Positions 19,872 to 28,781 of a stretch of 64,000 nucleotides of DNA are shown here, piece after piece. Every line of letters begins with the position of its first letter. Within the stretch, counting starts at the first letter, position 1. Source of the DNA: a virus. Position numbers and translations under genes: made by a program. The DNA lies in IMG/VR virus record IMGVR_UViG_3300046779_002349, positions 64,001 to 128,000 of that record; one strand, given 5' to 3'. The notes beneath the pieces were generated by a model, which saw only the letters and a program-made list of their open reading frames with translations, had not been told where the DNA came from and did no database searches.

Positions 19872-20665
19872 CCTAGTACGACGTTATTTTTGATCTCTGT
19901 TCTAAATTGTTTCCAGCCAACAAAGTTTGAATCCCGCTCATATGGGTCATCCAGCGGAGTAGCTTGATGTTCTGTAGGACTTGCATGTACGGGTTGCTCG
20001 ATGATAAGTTTTTGAAAAATCCTTTTTAATTTCTCTTCGCTATCGTCCAGTGCTCTAAATGAAACTTGAGCGCACAAAGATGCTGATGCCTCTCTATCAT
20101 ATGCGGATTTACTATCTACATAAGGTAGGTGCCACTCTCCTTTTTTGAGTAGTTGAGGAACAGAATCTTTAATGCATGCTTTCATTTTTTTAGCAATTAC
20201 CTGCAACTCTGGTTGAGCATCTTTATGATCTCTCAGCGCAAAAAAGTTATTTAATTCGGTTGTGGTGATTAATACTTTAATACGAGTAAATGGCTCTACT
20301 AAACGATTCGCATTTTGTTTGTGCAGTCCGATTTTATTTAACAGGATTGCAGATACGCCACAGATTCTAGCAGTGGTGTACCAGACAAATTTAGCAAGCA
20401 TGAGTCGTAAGCCTGTGAGCTCTTCTTTTGCGGACATTCCTTTTTTATTCTTTCCCCAGAAAACAAATCCAACAGGATTTTTAATGGCTTCCCAGGCAAG
20501 TTTTAAAACAGGAATTGCTCTAGAGGAACTTGCGTTTCTCGTAAATGCTCTGTGCGTCATAATTTCTGCATGAGCAAACCTTTGATAAACACATTCGAAT
20601 GTATAAATGTTTTTACCTTTTTCTGATACTGAGTGTTTGATTAATTTGATGTCGATGTCTTCCAT
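19868..20665 (-). CDS. thyX: FAD-dependent thymidylate synthase
   Basis: THRAFTRNASSSRAIP, HKQNANRLVEPF, NFFALRDHKDAQPE, CAQVSF and HASPTEH motifs. Confidence 0.9.
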   Translation of the reverse strand: MEDIDIKLIKHSVSEKGKNIYTFECVYQRFAHAEIMTHRAFTRNASSSRAIPVLKLAWEAIKNPVGFVFWGKNKKGMSAKEELTGLRLMLAKFVWYTTARICGVSAILLNKIGLHKQNANRLVEPFTRIKVLITTTELNNFFALRDHKDAQPELQVIAKKMKACIKDSVPQLLKKGEWHLPYVDSKSAYDREASASLCAQVSFRALDDSEEKLKRIFQKLIIEQPVHASPTEHQATPLDDPYERDSNFVGWKQFRTEIKNNVVLG

Positions 20666-20672
20666 TATTTAA

Positions 20673-20924
20673 TTATTTGGTTTTATGTTGTGTTCTGTAG
20701 TTGGCCCTAAAGCTTTCTAAATATATCATATTTGTGTATATAAAAAAGGTCCTATCCATTGGATTAAATAGACTAGAAGCTTGGCTTACTGGATTTAAAC
20801 CCATTACTCCAAATTTCAAATTTTGTAGTCTCCCTGGGTGACGGGTGCTTACATATAAGTAAGTACTAAACTGTTCGTTCAGTTTAATCGTCAGTGTGTT
20901 TGATGGTAGTATTGATGTGGTCAT
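20673..20924 (-). CDS. hypothetical small protein
   Basis: Packed co-oriented ORF. Confidence 0.45.
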   Translation of the reverse strand: MTTSILPSNTLTIKLNEQFSTYLYVSTRHPGRLQNLKFGVMGLNPVSQASSLFNPMDRTFFIYTNMIYLESFRANYRTQHKTK

Positions 20925-21153
20925 GTATTATATTATCCAATCCTTGATAATCCGTAAGCAATTCTATAGAGGATAAAAACGAATTTGTCGATGGATAAAA
21001 TTTGTCGAATGCGGTAAACACTAATGGACTTTGAAATATTAAAGCTTTCGGTCTAGGGAATGTATTTCTAGATGGTCTTCTTACGAATAAAATACCGTTG
21101 AAGGTTTTAAATAAACCATCAAGTATGTGGCTAAAGTTTATATCATTTCGCAT
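20884..21153 (-). CDS. hypothetical small protein
   Basis: Packed co-oriented ORF. Confidence 0.5.
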   Translation of the reverse strand: MRNDINFSHILDGLFKTFNGILFVRRPSRNTFPRPKALIFQSPLVFTAFDKFYPSTNSFLSSIELLTDYQGLDNIIHDHINTTIKHTDD

Positions 21154-21347
21154 AAGTATTCTTCTATACGGTTGTTAACTGCTTGAAACGTTCTGTGCGT
21201 ATTTTCAAATGGCGTTATCACCCATGCTAATTCTACAAAGTGTACAAACAGTAAATCCGGAGGTACATTGGTGTAAGCCTCGATAATACCAACGCATTCT
21301 TCGTATTGTCTTAAAAATTCTGGTATGGTTAAAGGATCCTCTTCCAT
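21138..21347 (-). CDS. hypothetical small protein
   Basis: Packed co-oriented ORF. Confidence 0.5.
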   Translation of the reverse strand: MEEDPLTIPEFLRQYEECVGIIEAYTNVPPDLLFVHFVELAWVITPFENTHRTFQAVNNRIEEYLCEMI

Positions 21348-21358
21348 AACATAAGATT

Positions 21359-21589
21359 TTATTCAAAATTAAAATTTGTATTACAATACAAAGTAATTGT
21401 ATCTTCTATGGTTGCGTGGGTTCTTTGCAGCTTTTTCTCTTTTAGATAATCCAAGCAAATTGCCATACGGGTCACAAAGCCAAATGTATCGTCTAGAGTT
21501 CGCATTATTTTGAGTCTAATTCCTAAATGGCGCTCCGTGTTAAAGGCATATATAGCCATAGGATCTGCGAAAGTATTTTTCTTTACCAT
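21359..21589 (-). CDS. small protein, paralog of 21886..22119
   Basis: Shared MV.KNT start and EDTITLYCN..FNF end. Confidence 0.65.
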   Translation of the reverse strand: MVKKNTFADPMAIYAFNTERHLGIRLKIMRTLDDTFGFVTRMAICLDYLKEKKLQRTHATIEDTITLYCNTNFNFE

Positions 21590-21591
21590 TG

Positions 21592-21843
21592 TTATAAGTT
21601 TAAATTACTGCCTAAATAATCACAAATTACTTTTTCTACTGCTATCTGTGTTTCGCTCAGGTAGACACATGGGAATAAGGCAAAGAGCTTATCAGAATTC
21701 GAAAATCCAATCTTGATGTCTATTGCGCTTTTTATACCTACGCTTCCACATATATTTAACCGAAATATCGATGTTGCGTCGTCTACTATAGGAAACCTAA
21801 TTACAGTTACAATATCTTCTGCACTTTTATTATCCTTGTCCAT
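21592..21843 (-). CDS. small protein, paralog of 22113..22370
   Basis: Shared DNKSAED start and FPC...S.T..AVE.VICDYL.SNLNL end. Confidence 0.65.
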   Translation of the reverse strand: MDKDNKSAEDIVTVIRFPIVDDATSIFRLNICGSVGIKSAIDIKIGFSNSDKLFALFPCVYLSETQIAVEKVICDYLGSNLNL

Positions 21844-21885
21844 ATACTCGTAAGGTTAAAGGGTCTTTTATCAGGGCATAACATT

Positions 21886-22119
21886 TTATTTAAAGTTAAA
21901 TTTTTCATTACAGTACAAAGTAATTGTATCTTCTACTGCCCACCTGGTCCTCACCGTTCTACTGTCTTTTAGAACGACTAAGCAGCGGGAGTACCGACAC
22001 TTAAAACCAGCTTTCTTATTTAACTGGTATATGACGTGTTCTCTAATTTTTAAATTATCCTCCAAATTAGATGGAGGAAGCATGTAAGTAATATTTTCGG
22101 AAGTATTTTTCGTTACCAT
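21886..22119 (-). CDS. small protein, paralog of 21359..21589
   Basis: Shared termini with 21359..21589. Confidence 0.65.
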   Translation of the reverse strand: MVTKNTSENITYMLPPSNLEDNLKIREHVIYQLNKKAGFKCRYSRCLVVLKDSRTVRTRWAVEDTITLYCNEKFNFK

Positions 22120-22370
22120 TGTTGTAAGTTTAAATTACTGTCTAAATAATCACAAATTACGTTTTCTACTGCTCCGTGTGTTTTACTCATAAAAGTACAC
22201 GGGAATACATCCAGACGCCGCAAATAGCAATACATACTAATACCTAAGCCGTCCTGTGTGTGCCGCTGTAAATCTGAAGAGCTCTGTATGGGGGCGTTGC
22301 AAATATACTCTATTGCAGAAAAATTACTAATTGTTGGTTTATCTTCTGCACTTTTATTATCCTCGCTCAT
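22113..22370 (-). CDS. small protein, paralog of 21592..21843
   Basis: Shared termini with 21592..21843. Confidence 0.65.
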   Translation of the reverse strand: MSEDNKSAEDKPTISNFSAIEYICNAPIQSSSDLQRHTQDGLGISMYCYLRRLDVFPCTFMSKTHGAVENVICDYLDSNLNLQQW

Positions 22371-22573
22371 CTCAGCGATACTTTAGTTTCCCTTCCCATA
22401 AGGCGAGCCATTCTTTTTCCGAAGGCTAGGAATGTAGCCAATAGGAATACAAATCGGATAATGTACCAAGGTATAAACAAAATTGCTCTATATAAAATTA
22501 TATACCATGGGAAGAATTCAGCGTATTTTCTGTTTTTAGAATATGCTGGCCAGTGAATGATTTCTCTCAACAT
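22367..22573 (-). CDS. small membrane protein
   Basis: Hydrophobic core containing PWYII twice. Confidence 0.55.
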   Translation of the reverse strand: MLREIIHWPAYSKNRKYAEFFPWYIILYRAILFIPWYIIRFVFLLATFLAFGKRMARLMGRETKVSLR

Positions 22574-22581
22574 AAGTTTTA

Positions 22582-22998
22582 TTATTTAACGAATTCGCAG
22601 TAGTGTAGATCTGGAGCGCCGTATGCTCTATTATATTTCTCGTAGCACCATGCGACATCATCGGATTCTGAGTAGGTTGCATATTTTACATTTTCTGCCC
22701 ACCAACGTTTTCCTCTGTAAACCGCTTTAGTATATCCTTCCGGAATTTCGGGTAAAGGTATCCCAATAGGAAAACCTTCATAGCTGCTATCTTTATTCGG
22801 GTTTACCCCATCCATATAAAATGTAGTTACCTTTGGTTTTGATGCAGATATAATAGCTAGGCATTTCGCAACCTCAAAAACATGATTCGGTTGTTTTTTG
22901 CATAACCGCTCAGCCTCAGTTAAAGCAGAATCGAAAGTAGTATGTTTGTGCTGCGGAGCGTATCCTGATCTGTTGATTACGTAATAATATGGTTCCAT
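22582..22998 (-). CDS. hypothetical protein
   Basis: 138-aa ORF; H.TFDSALTEAERL segment typical of small phage proteins. Confidence 0.6.
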   Translation of the reverse strand: MEPYYYVINRSGYAPQHKHTTFDSALTEAERLCKKQPNHVFEVAKCLAIISASKPKVTTFYMDGVNPNKDSSYEGFPIGIPLPEIPEGYTKAVYRGKRWWAENVKYATYSESDDVAWCYEKYNRAYGAPDLHYCEFVK

Positions 22999-23021
22999 AC
23001 TGTGTTTGTTGGTTATTTTGT

Positions 23022-23186
23022 TTATTGGTCTATAAAATTAAAAACTAATAGTACTGTCGTCACAAGGGCTAGACTACATGGAAATAAAATTCCGTCAAGC
23101 GGTCCGTAGTGAACTTGTCTATAAATCTCTCCGACAAGGTATCCGAGTAAAATTCCTAGGGTAGTTAGTTGTACTTTGTTTTTCAT
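23022..23186 (-). CDS. 54-aa two-helix membrane protein (not in track)
   Basis: Manual translation MKNKVQLTTLGILLGYLVGEIY...VLLVFNFIDQ*, with ATGA overlap. Confidence 0.55.
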   Translation of the reverse strand: MKNKVQLTTLGILLGYLVGEIYRQVHYGPLDGILFPCSLALVTTVLLVFNFIDQ

Positions 23187-23521
23187 ACGAAATAAATTGT
23201 AATATGTCCCTGATCATTCGTTGCCCGTAAGAATTCGAAACCCTCAGATTCTAGTTTGTCTTTAAGTTTCTTAAATTTTTCAAATTTGCTATATGTATCT
23301 TCGCTTGGGGCGGAGAGACTACTTTCATACTTATTACGGTATACCCAGCGGTGTACTTCTCTGTATGCTTTTCCAAAGACGGGGTATACCCATGTAATTG
23401 AAGACTCTCCCTTTAGAGCTGCTGCTTTGCATTGCTCTACAATCTCGTTATACAGCCTGTCGGTATCGTACAAGATGTTCTGTAACTCTTCTGCTTTTTT
23501 GATTGGTTTTTCGTTTTGCAT
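23183..23521 (-). CDS. hypothetical protein
   Basis: Packed co-oriented ORF. Confidence 0.6.
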   Translation of the reverse strand: MQNEKPIKKAEELQNILYDTDRLYNEIVEQCKAAALKGESSITWVYPVFGKAYREVHRWVYRNKYESSLSAPSEDTYSKFEKFKKLKDKLESEGFEFLRATNDQGHITIYFV

Positions 23522-23523
23522 AT

Positions 23524-23742
23524 TTATTTATTATGTAATGGACATTCTGGGCAAGGAATCAAAAATCCAAGTCCTTCTTTATCCCGCTCCAATGGTAAAT
23601 TTTTTCCGAAGAAACAGTGGTCCTCTGTTCCGAATCTTGTTTGATACAGGAAGATACAATAGTTCTTATTTCTTACGTCTACAGCGCAAGTCGGTTTGTT
23701 ATCTGGTGTGTAATAAGTTTCTACTTCTAGTGTCTTTTTCAT
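23524..23742 (-). CDS. small Cys-rich protein
   Basis: PTC..C.F..C..PCPECPLH; start MKKTL forms an ATGA overlap with denV. Confidence 0.55.
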   Translation of the reverse strand: MKKTLEVETYYTPDNKPTCAVDVRNKNYCIFLYQTRFGTEDHCFFGKNLPLERDKEGLGFLIPCPECPLHNK

Positions 23743-24209
23743 TGTGTTATGAATGGTGGTGTTTCTCTTCTGCTCCAATAGTGTAAGTGCCTTTTCGCTA
23801 CATTATAATACGATCTGTAGGATTGTATTGGGCACTCAGTTTTAAACTCATCAGGCATTGTTAGAGTGAATGGAGTAATTCCGCTTTCCTCAAAAGATAG
23901 CCTATGCTTATTTTCATTAATAAATGGTAGTAATAGAGAAGAAGCGTGAACATTATCGCTACGATAAGTAAACTCTTCTCCTAACTTTGTTGCATACTCG
24001 ATAACCCACTCTAGGTTATCTAAGCTTTTTCTTGCCCATATCGCACTCGGATGATTCTGATGGGTTTTTCGATACGGAGCCTCTATACCTTGTAAATGAA
24101 AAGCCGTACAAAGTAATTGTACGGCTTCCATCAGCATTTTCCCTACATGCCTGTCTACATGGTATCTTGCGTTTGTTGACAAATCGTTGTCTAAGTAGAA
24201 TAAGTTCAA
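23739..24209 (-). CDS. denV: pyrimidine-dimer DNA glycosylase / endonuclease V-like
   Basis: MNLFYLD..A.YHVDRHVGKM..EAVQLL..TH.NHPSAIW..N..W and SYRSYY..K motifs. Confidence 0.8.
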   Translation of the reverse strand: MNLFYLDNDLSTNARYHVDRHVGKMLMEAVQLLCTAFHLQGIEAPYRKTHQNHPSAIWARKSLDNLEWVIEYATKLGEEFTYRSDNVHASSLLLPFINENKHRLSFEESGITPFTLTMPDEFKTECPIQSYRSYYNVAKRHLHYWSRRETPPFITQ

Positions 24210-24715
24210 AGTGTTCTTACAATAATTTGGATTGGTGATTTATTGAATGCTAGTTTGATTAATTTACGAATTACGCTCCAGCTGCCTCGCGCTAGTCCAG
24301 AACCAATCTTTGGCATTTGGATTACCTCTACATTGTCTCTCTCAGCTTTCATTCGTAGAGCCTTGAGACATGTAAACAGGCTATTGTAAATTAATGGTTG
24401 TGGGTTTGCTTCACTGGCTACTCCATCCATAGCAAACATGTTGCATATGGTAATGTTGGGTTCCACATCGACAAATTGTACTGTACCTTGCTTTAGTACG
24501 TCCCTATCAATTTTTTTACACAGAATTCTGTACATCGCCTCTGGTTGTTTCCACTTCTTAGAAATGGCTACAACAATACCAGCTCCCCAAAGTCCTTTAT
24601 TGTTTACTACGTGAGCAATAATGGTTTTCTTCGTAGGATCTGTGTGTAGAGCGTTTCCTTTTTCCTGTACGAAATTTACTTCTAGCTCTTTATTTTTTTG
24701 ATTGTTGCTTTCCAT
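24206..24715 (-). CDS. macrodomain protein (ADP-ribose binding/hydrolase, Poa1p/TARG1-like)
   Basis: IIAHVVNNKGLWGAGIV..I.KKW and MPKIGSGLARGSW motifs. Confidence 0.85.
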   Translation of the reverse strand: MESNNQKNKELEVNFVQEKGNALHTDPTKKTIIAHVVNNKGLWGAGIVVAISKKWKQPEAMYRILCKKIDRDVLKQGTVQFVDVEPNITICNMFAMDGVASEANPQPLIYNSLFTCLKALRMKAERDNVEVIQMPKIGSGLARGSWSVIRKLIKLAFNKSPIQIIVRTL

Positions 24716-24811
24716 ACCTTATTTATTTTTTTCAAGAAACACATAAAATAAAGCATGGTGCAAAGCAAGGTCAAAAAACCTATGTATAAAAAATAATCTA
24801 AGCTTTCTTTC

Positions 24812-25009
24812 CTAGGAGGTAGCATTGGGAGAGTTTTTGATTTGAGGGATCAGGACGCCTCGTTTATCAGCTGGCACGGATTGCATGAACTCATTGAATT
24901 CATTTACCCATTTGAGCACAGCATCTAATTTAGCGTTACCGTCCAAGTCTTGTGTAACATTTTTTGGCGGAATCATAACAATGTCCACTTCAATTGATTG
25001 TATGTTCAT
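24812..25009 (-). CDS. hypothetical protein
   Basis: ATGA overlap, co-oriented. Confidence 0.5.
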   Translation of the reverse strand: MNIQSIEVDIVMIPPKNVTQDLDGNAKLDAVLKWVNEFNEFMQSVPADKRGVLIPQIKNSPNATS

Positions 25010-25218
25010 TTATCAAATTTTTTGTGTTTAATGTAATAAATTGTGATGTTTTCTTTCTTGGTGTCTGATTCAGTAAACCAAGCCATTTCTAAAGCATTTC
25101 CTTCTTTATTAATTTTCTCGAAAGTTTCTCTAAATAGCGTATCGTCATTAGCAGGAATTACCGTACCCCAACAGGACACAGATTTCCCATTAATAAGTTT
25201 TCTTGTTTTAAACGTCAT
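25006..25218 (-). CDS. hypothetical protein
   Basis: ATGA overlap, co-oriented. Confidence 0.5.
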   Translation of the reverse strand: MTFKTRKLINGKSVSCWGTVIPANDDTLFRETFEKINKEGNALEMAWFTESDTKKENITIYYIKHKKFDK

Positions 25219-26138
25219 ATATCGATGATTTCTTTTTGTTGTTTTTTAGTGATTCTTTCCGCTGCATCTTTTCTTGATGTCTCCACAAATGTGTTTGTCA
25301 GAAGCTCCGATATAGAAGCCATTGGGATGTCCTGGTTATTAGTTTGCCCACCTTGTTTGGTAGCTGCCATAACAGAACGTGCGTGATAAATAGCGTTGGT
25401 GTTTTTAGTCTGATTGTAAAATCCAATCTTTGTAAGTAAATGTCCTTGAGTCATAAGAACACTTTCTAGTCTCCCAGATGCTACTGCAGCTGGCACTTCT
25501 GGTAGCTGATGTCCAGGTAGACCACTAAGGAATAGAACCTCATCTCCAGAATGGTTGTATCCGAATCTTTTGAGAATTGTGCTAACGTCTTCCCGTTTTG
25601 CATAACCATCGTAAAACTCTACCATTCTTGTCTCAGGATAGATGAGGTTCTTAATGTAAGAATAATCTTTTTTCCTGTCCAATACATTGAAGAATAGTTT
25701 CTCGTACGCAGATATTGTACGTTCACTAATTCCCATCACTGTTGCAATTTTATCTGTGTCAGCAAAATCTTTACATACTAATAGAGCTTCAATCACATTT
25801 CGAATATCTTTCATCTCTGGACTTGCCAGGGATATTGCTTCGATAATATGTTTGTCTTTGTACTTTTGATTAACACAGTATAGATAAGCTTTGAATATCC
25901 AGTTGTCCTCTTCCGTCAAGGCAACTGGAATATCTTTATTAGCTGCTGCAAATATAGCCGCTGTGTGCCAACCGAATGCTGGATTTTTATAAGCGTGTAT
26001 AAAAGATCCTAGCATTGGGTCGACTGGAAACCACAATCTTTTTGCATCTCCGAGCAAGACCGCAGGAGGGCTTAGTTTCTTATTACTAAACTCTTCTGGA
26101 ATATGCTCTGCAATTTGATTGATCTTATCAGCGGTCAT
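25215..26138 (-). CDS. hypothetical protein with possible helix-turn-helix
   Basis: 307 aa; DKIATVMGISERTISAYEKLFF resembles an HTH. Confidence 0.5.
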   Translation of the reverse strand: MTADKINQIAEHIPEEFSNKKLSPPAVLLGDAKRLWFPVDPMLGSFIHAYKNPAFGWHTAAIFAAANKDIPVALTEEDNWIFKAYLYCVNQKYKDKHIIEAISLASPEMKDIRNVIEALLVCKDFADTDKIATVMGISERTISAYEKLFFNVLDRKKDYSYIKNLIYPETRMVEFYDGYAKREDVSTILKRFGYNHSGDEVLFLSGLPGHQLPEVPAAVASGRLESVLMTQGHLLTKIGFYNQTKNTNAIYHARSVMAATKQGGQTNNQDIPMASISELLTNTFVETSRKDAAERITKKQQKEIIDI

Positions 26139-26176
26139 TTAGCTGATATTAACTAAAAAAAATGTTTTTAACAAGC

Positions 26177-26383
26177 TTATTTAATTGTAGAGGCGATATC
26201 GAGAAATGCTTTTTTCATTCTCTTCATACCTGAATTAATTTTCTTTTTTACTTCGGGATACTCCAGCTCGAGAGCCTCTATAGATGTAGCTGCGTTGATC
26301 ATTGCTTGGTTGAGTTTGGCCCAGTTACGATCAATTATTTTCATTGTCAATTTCTTACTCACTTTCTTATGCTTAATAGCCAT
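26177..26383 (-). CDS. small basic protein (probably leaderless)
   Basis: Start MAIKHKK lies 6 nt after the TATAAT of the 30-bp motif. Confidence 0.55.
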   Translation of the reverse strand: MAIKHKKVSKKLTMKIIDRNWAKLNQAMINAATSIEALELEYPEVKKKINSGMKRMKKAFLDIASTIK

Positions 26384-26389
26384 GACATT

Positions 26390-26419
26390 ATTATATAACA
26401 CAAGCGGAGCTATTTTTGC
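26390..26419 (-). promoter_or_regulatory. phage promoter motif copy 1
   Basis: GCAAAAATAG-ctcc-GCTTGTGTTATATAAT, conserved at three loci. Confidence 0.75.
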
Positions 26420-26721
26420 TTTGTTTTAAATAGCGCACTAGCATCCTTCTCCAGGATAGATAAAAAATGTTTTGTATCTGGATGCTTCAAGTGCATCCTC
26501 ATCAGTTGTTCTGGAGACGGAGGTGGATTTATTTCCATCAATTGCGCTTTCCTTTTAGCTTCTCTAGCCTTTGCACCAGCTCTGCCCATTCTAGACAACT
26601 CTTCTTTGTTATTGGAGAAGATTGCTTTGATCAATTCTTGTGACTTCCCTTTAAATGGATCGAACTTAGGAGCTGCTGATTTAATTAACATCCTTGGTAT
26701 TAAAACAAAAATAGGTTTCAT
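26410..26721 (-). CDS. leader-tagged putative head cargo protein
   Basis: MKPIFVLIPRMLIKSA leader. Confidence 0.55.
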   Translation of the reverse strand: MKPIFVLIPRMLIKSAAPKFDPFKGKSQELIKAIFSNNKEELSRMGRAGAKAREAKRKAQLMEINPPPSPEQLMRMHLKHPDTKHFLSILEKDASALFKTKQK

Positions 26722-27803
26722 TTTAAGTAATTTTTTATTTTGTCCAAAAAGCTTATCTCTTCGGAATTCGACTGCGGTTTCTCTGGGGATATAAGAGGTT
26801 TATTTTTTTCTTTCAAGTAGGCATTAAGTTCTAAGCCGCCATAAGTGAGCCCTCCTAATCCTGCTGAGGTTAAAGGTATATCCCGTTTTGCTAACAGGTT
26901 TCTATTTTTATCTGCCTCTTTTAACGCGCCTACAGCTTGTTCTAGTTCAGTTCTGTATTGTGGACTTCCGATTACTGATTTAACTCCGCGTAAATTACCT
27001 TCTCTGTCTAATAAATTGTTTCTAAAACCCCTCATGGTATCAGGGTCTGCTTTTATTTCTCCGTAATTTAATGCTTTTAAATAACTCGATAGCAAATCTA
27101 TGTCTGATCCTTCTACTTTTGTTAACGGTCCTATATTCGCCGAATTTGTCATATATGCAAATTGCTTAGTAGGGCCTTCTGTAACGAGCTGTATACCTCT
27201 ACTACTAGAGGTTGGGTCTGCAAAATAGATACCTCCTTTAAAATCTTTTTCTCTCAGTACTTTATTATCGGGGCTGTAATGTCTAAACGGATCTCCGGTC
27301 TGATAATTTGTATAATTGCTTCTGTCAAATTGTGCTGCTCGCTCTGCATCTGTAAGTTTATCTTTCAAATTACTAAACAAAGAAACATTTCCTAAATCTT
27401 CTTTAGCTCCTAAATTCTTATGAATTAGATTTGAGTACAAGTTTTTATTTTTAACGAACTTATTACCAGCGGGAAGCAAGCTAACTAACTTGTCAAAGAA
27501 AGACGCTGCTTTTTTAAACTTTTTCAAAGGAGGTCCCATGCCTGGTCCTTCTACTTCTGATTTACCTGGAGGTTTTCCATCATAACGAGTTCTTACCCAT
27601 TTTCCAGATTCCATTAATCTTTTTTCGGAATCGCTGGGAGTTCTCACTGCTACGAGTTTATCACCACCTCTCTTTTTTTTAGCTCTAGCTTCTTCTTCGG
27701 AGCGTGCAGCAATACCTGTGTTTCTACCTTCGAAGTAATACAGTTTGTATTCCTCGCTGGCTTGTTTAATAAGGATAGTTGGAATTATTGAGTGTAGGTT
27801 CAT
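26718..27803 (-). CDS. leader-tagged putative head cargo protein (two modules)
   Basis: MNLHSIIPTILIKQAS leader; internal KKAAS; C-terminal hydrophobic segment. Confidence 0.55.
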   Translation of the reverse strand: MNLHSIIPTILIKQASEEYKLYYFEGRNTGIAARSEEEARAKKKRGGDKLVAVRTPSDSEKRLMESGKWVRTRYDGKPPGKSEVEGPGMGPPLKKFKKAASFFDKLVSLLPAGNKFVKNKNLYSNLIHKNLGAKEDLGNVSLFSNLKDKLTDAERAAQFDRSNYTNYQTGDPFRHYSPDNKVLREKDFKGGIYFADPTSSSRGIQLVTEGPTKQFAYMTNSANIGPLTKVEGSDIDLLSSYLKALNYGEIKADPDTMRGFRNNLLDREGNLRGVKSVIGSPQYRTELEQAVGALKEADKNRNLLAKRDIPLTSAGLGGLTYGGLELNAYLKEKNKPLISPEKPQSNSEEISFLDKIKNYLK

Positions 27804-28781
27804 TTAATAGTTTTGCTTATTATTGTTAAACCACCTTTCTGCTGACCTAAGACCTTTTTCTGTTAAAAAAGTATTAGGTAGTTTAGATGCCCCTGCATTA
27901 TGTAAGGCATCAGAAAGTTCATCTCCAGGTCGGTGTCTCCATAAGAATAATGGGTTAGCAGGTATAACTTTTCTCGTTAAAATTTTATCGGAGTCTGTCG
28001 GATGTAGCAAATACTGTGCGTCAGCACCATGTCCGCTCTCAGCTATTTTTGCGTTTAATTTTGGGCGAACTAATGCTACAGCCGGAATGTCTCCATATCC
28101 ATACGCTCCTCCTGCATACCTCGCTGTTACTGCATCATCAAACAAGCCTCTTATTTGGTTGTTAGTAGGACTAGTCCATAAACTTCCATTACCTCCATCC
28201 GAAGCAATACTGCCGTATCCTTTTCCTTCTAGTACACGTTTCATTTTATACAAACTTCCAAAACTTTGAAGGTTGTTTTCGTCTAAAGCATCTACGGCTC
28301 TCCTTTTTTGTAAAGATTGTCCTACTACAGAAGCTCCTCCATATTTATGCTGTTTTATAAACTTTAGTTGATTTTTTACATCTTGTGGTGAATCAGCAAG
28401 ATGTAATAATTTCTTAATAAGTTTTGTTCTGTTTCCATAGTCAGCGTGTACCCCATTTCTAGGACCCTGAATCCCTCCATAATTTTTTACATTATTGCTA
28501 ATCGCTTTGATAACTTCGGGAGTCCTCAATTGGGGGTATACCCTAGCTGCATGTATGGCCCTGAGAGTTTTGTCCATACCAAAAGTAGGTACTTGCGGTA
28601 TAACGCCGCCTACAGTGGTATCGACAGCAGCCCTAGATTTAGTTATACCTTCCAGCATTTTTAAAGCGTTAATCGGTTTTAAATGTGGAAGCATTTTTTC
28701 CCATTTTCTGGACGCAACCTTAACCAACCCAACACTGGCTTGTTTAATAAACTGCTTAGGAGCTAAAAAAAATAATTTCAT
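27804..28781 (-). CDS. leader-tagged putative head cargo protein
   Basis: MKLFFLAPKQFIKQAS..VKVAS leader; basic composition. Confidence 0.55.
   Translation of the reverse strand: MKLFFLAPKQFIKQASVGLVKVASRKWEKMLPHLKPINALKMLEGITKSRAAVDTTVGGVIPQVPTFGMDKTLRAIHAARVYPQLRTPEVIKAISNNVKNYGGIQGPRNGVHADYGNRTKLIKKLLHLADSPQDVKNQLKFIKQHKYGGASVVGQSLQKRRAVDALDENNLQSFGSLYKMKRVLEGKGYGSIASDGGNGSLWTSPTNNQIRGLFDDAVTARYAGGAYGYGDIPAVALVRPKLNAKIAESGHGADAQYLLHPTDSDKILTRKVIPANPLFLWRHRPGDELSDALHNAGASKLPNTFLTEKGLRSAERWFNNNKQNY

Noticed and set aside
25215-26138. Terminase small subunit or sigma factor call
   Set aside because: Only an HTH-like segment is visible; there is no adjacent large terminase and no sigma region-2 motif.
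26474-26505. Second hammerhead-like string CUGAUGA-GGAUGC..GCAUCC (minus strand)
   Set aside because: Stem II is followed by AGAUAC rather than GAAA, there is no convincing stem I or III, and it lies in coding sequence.
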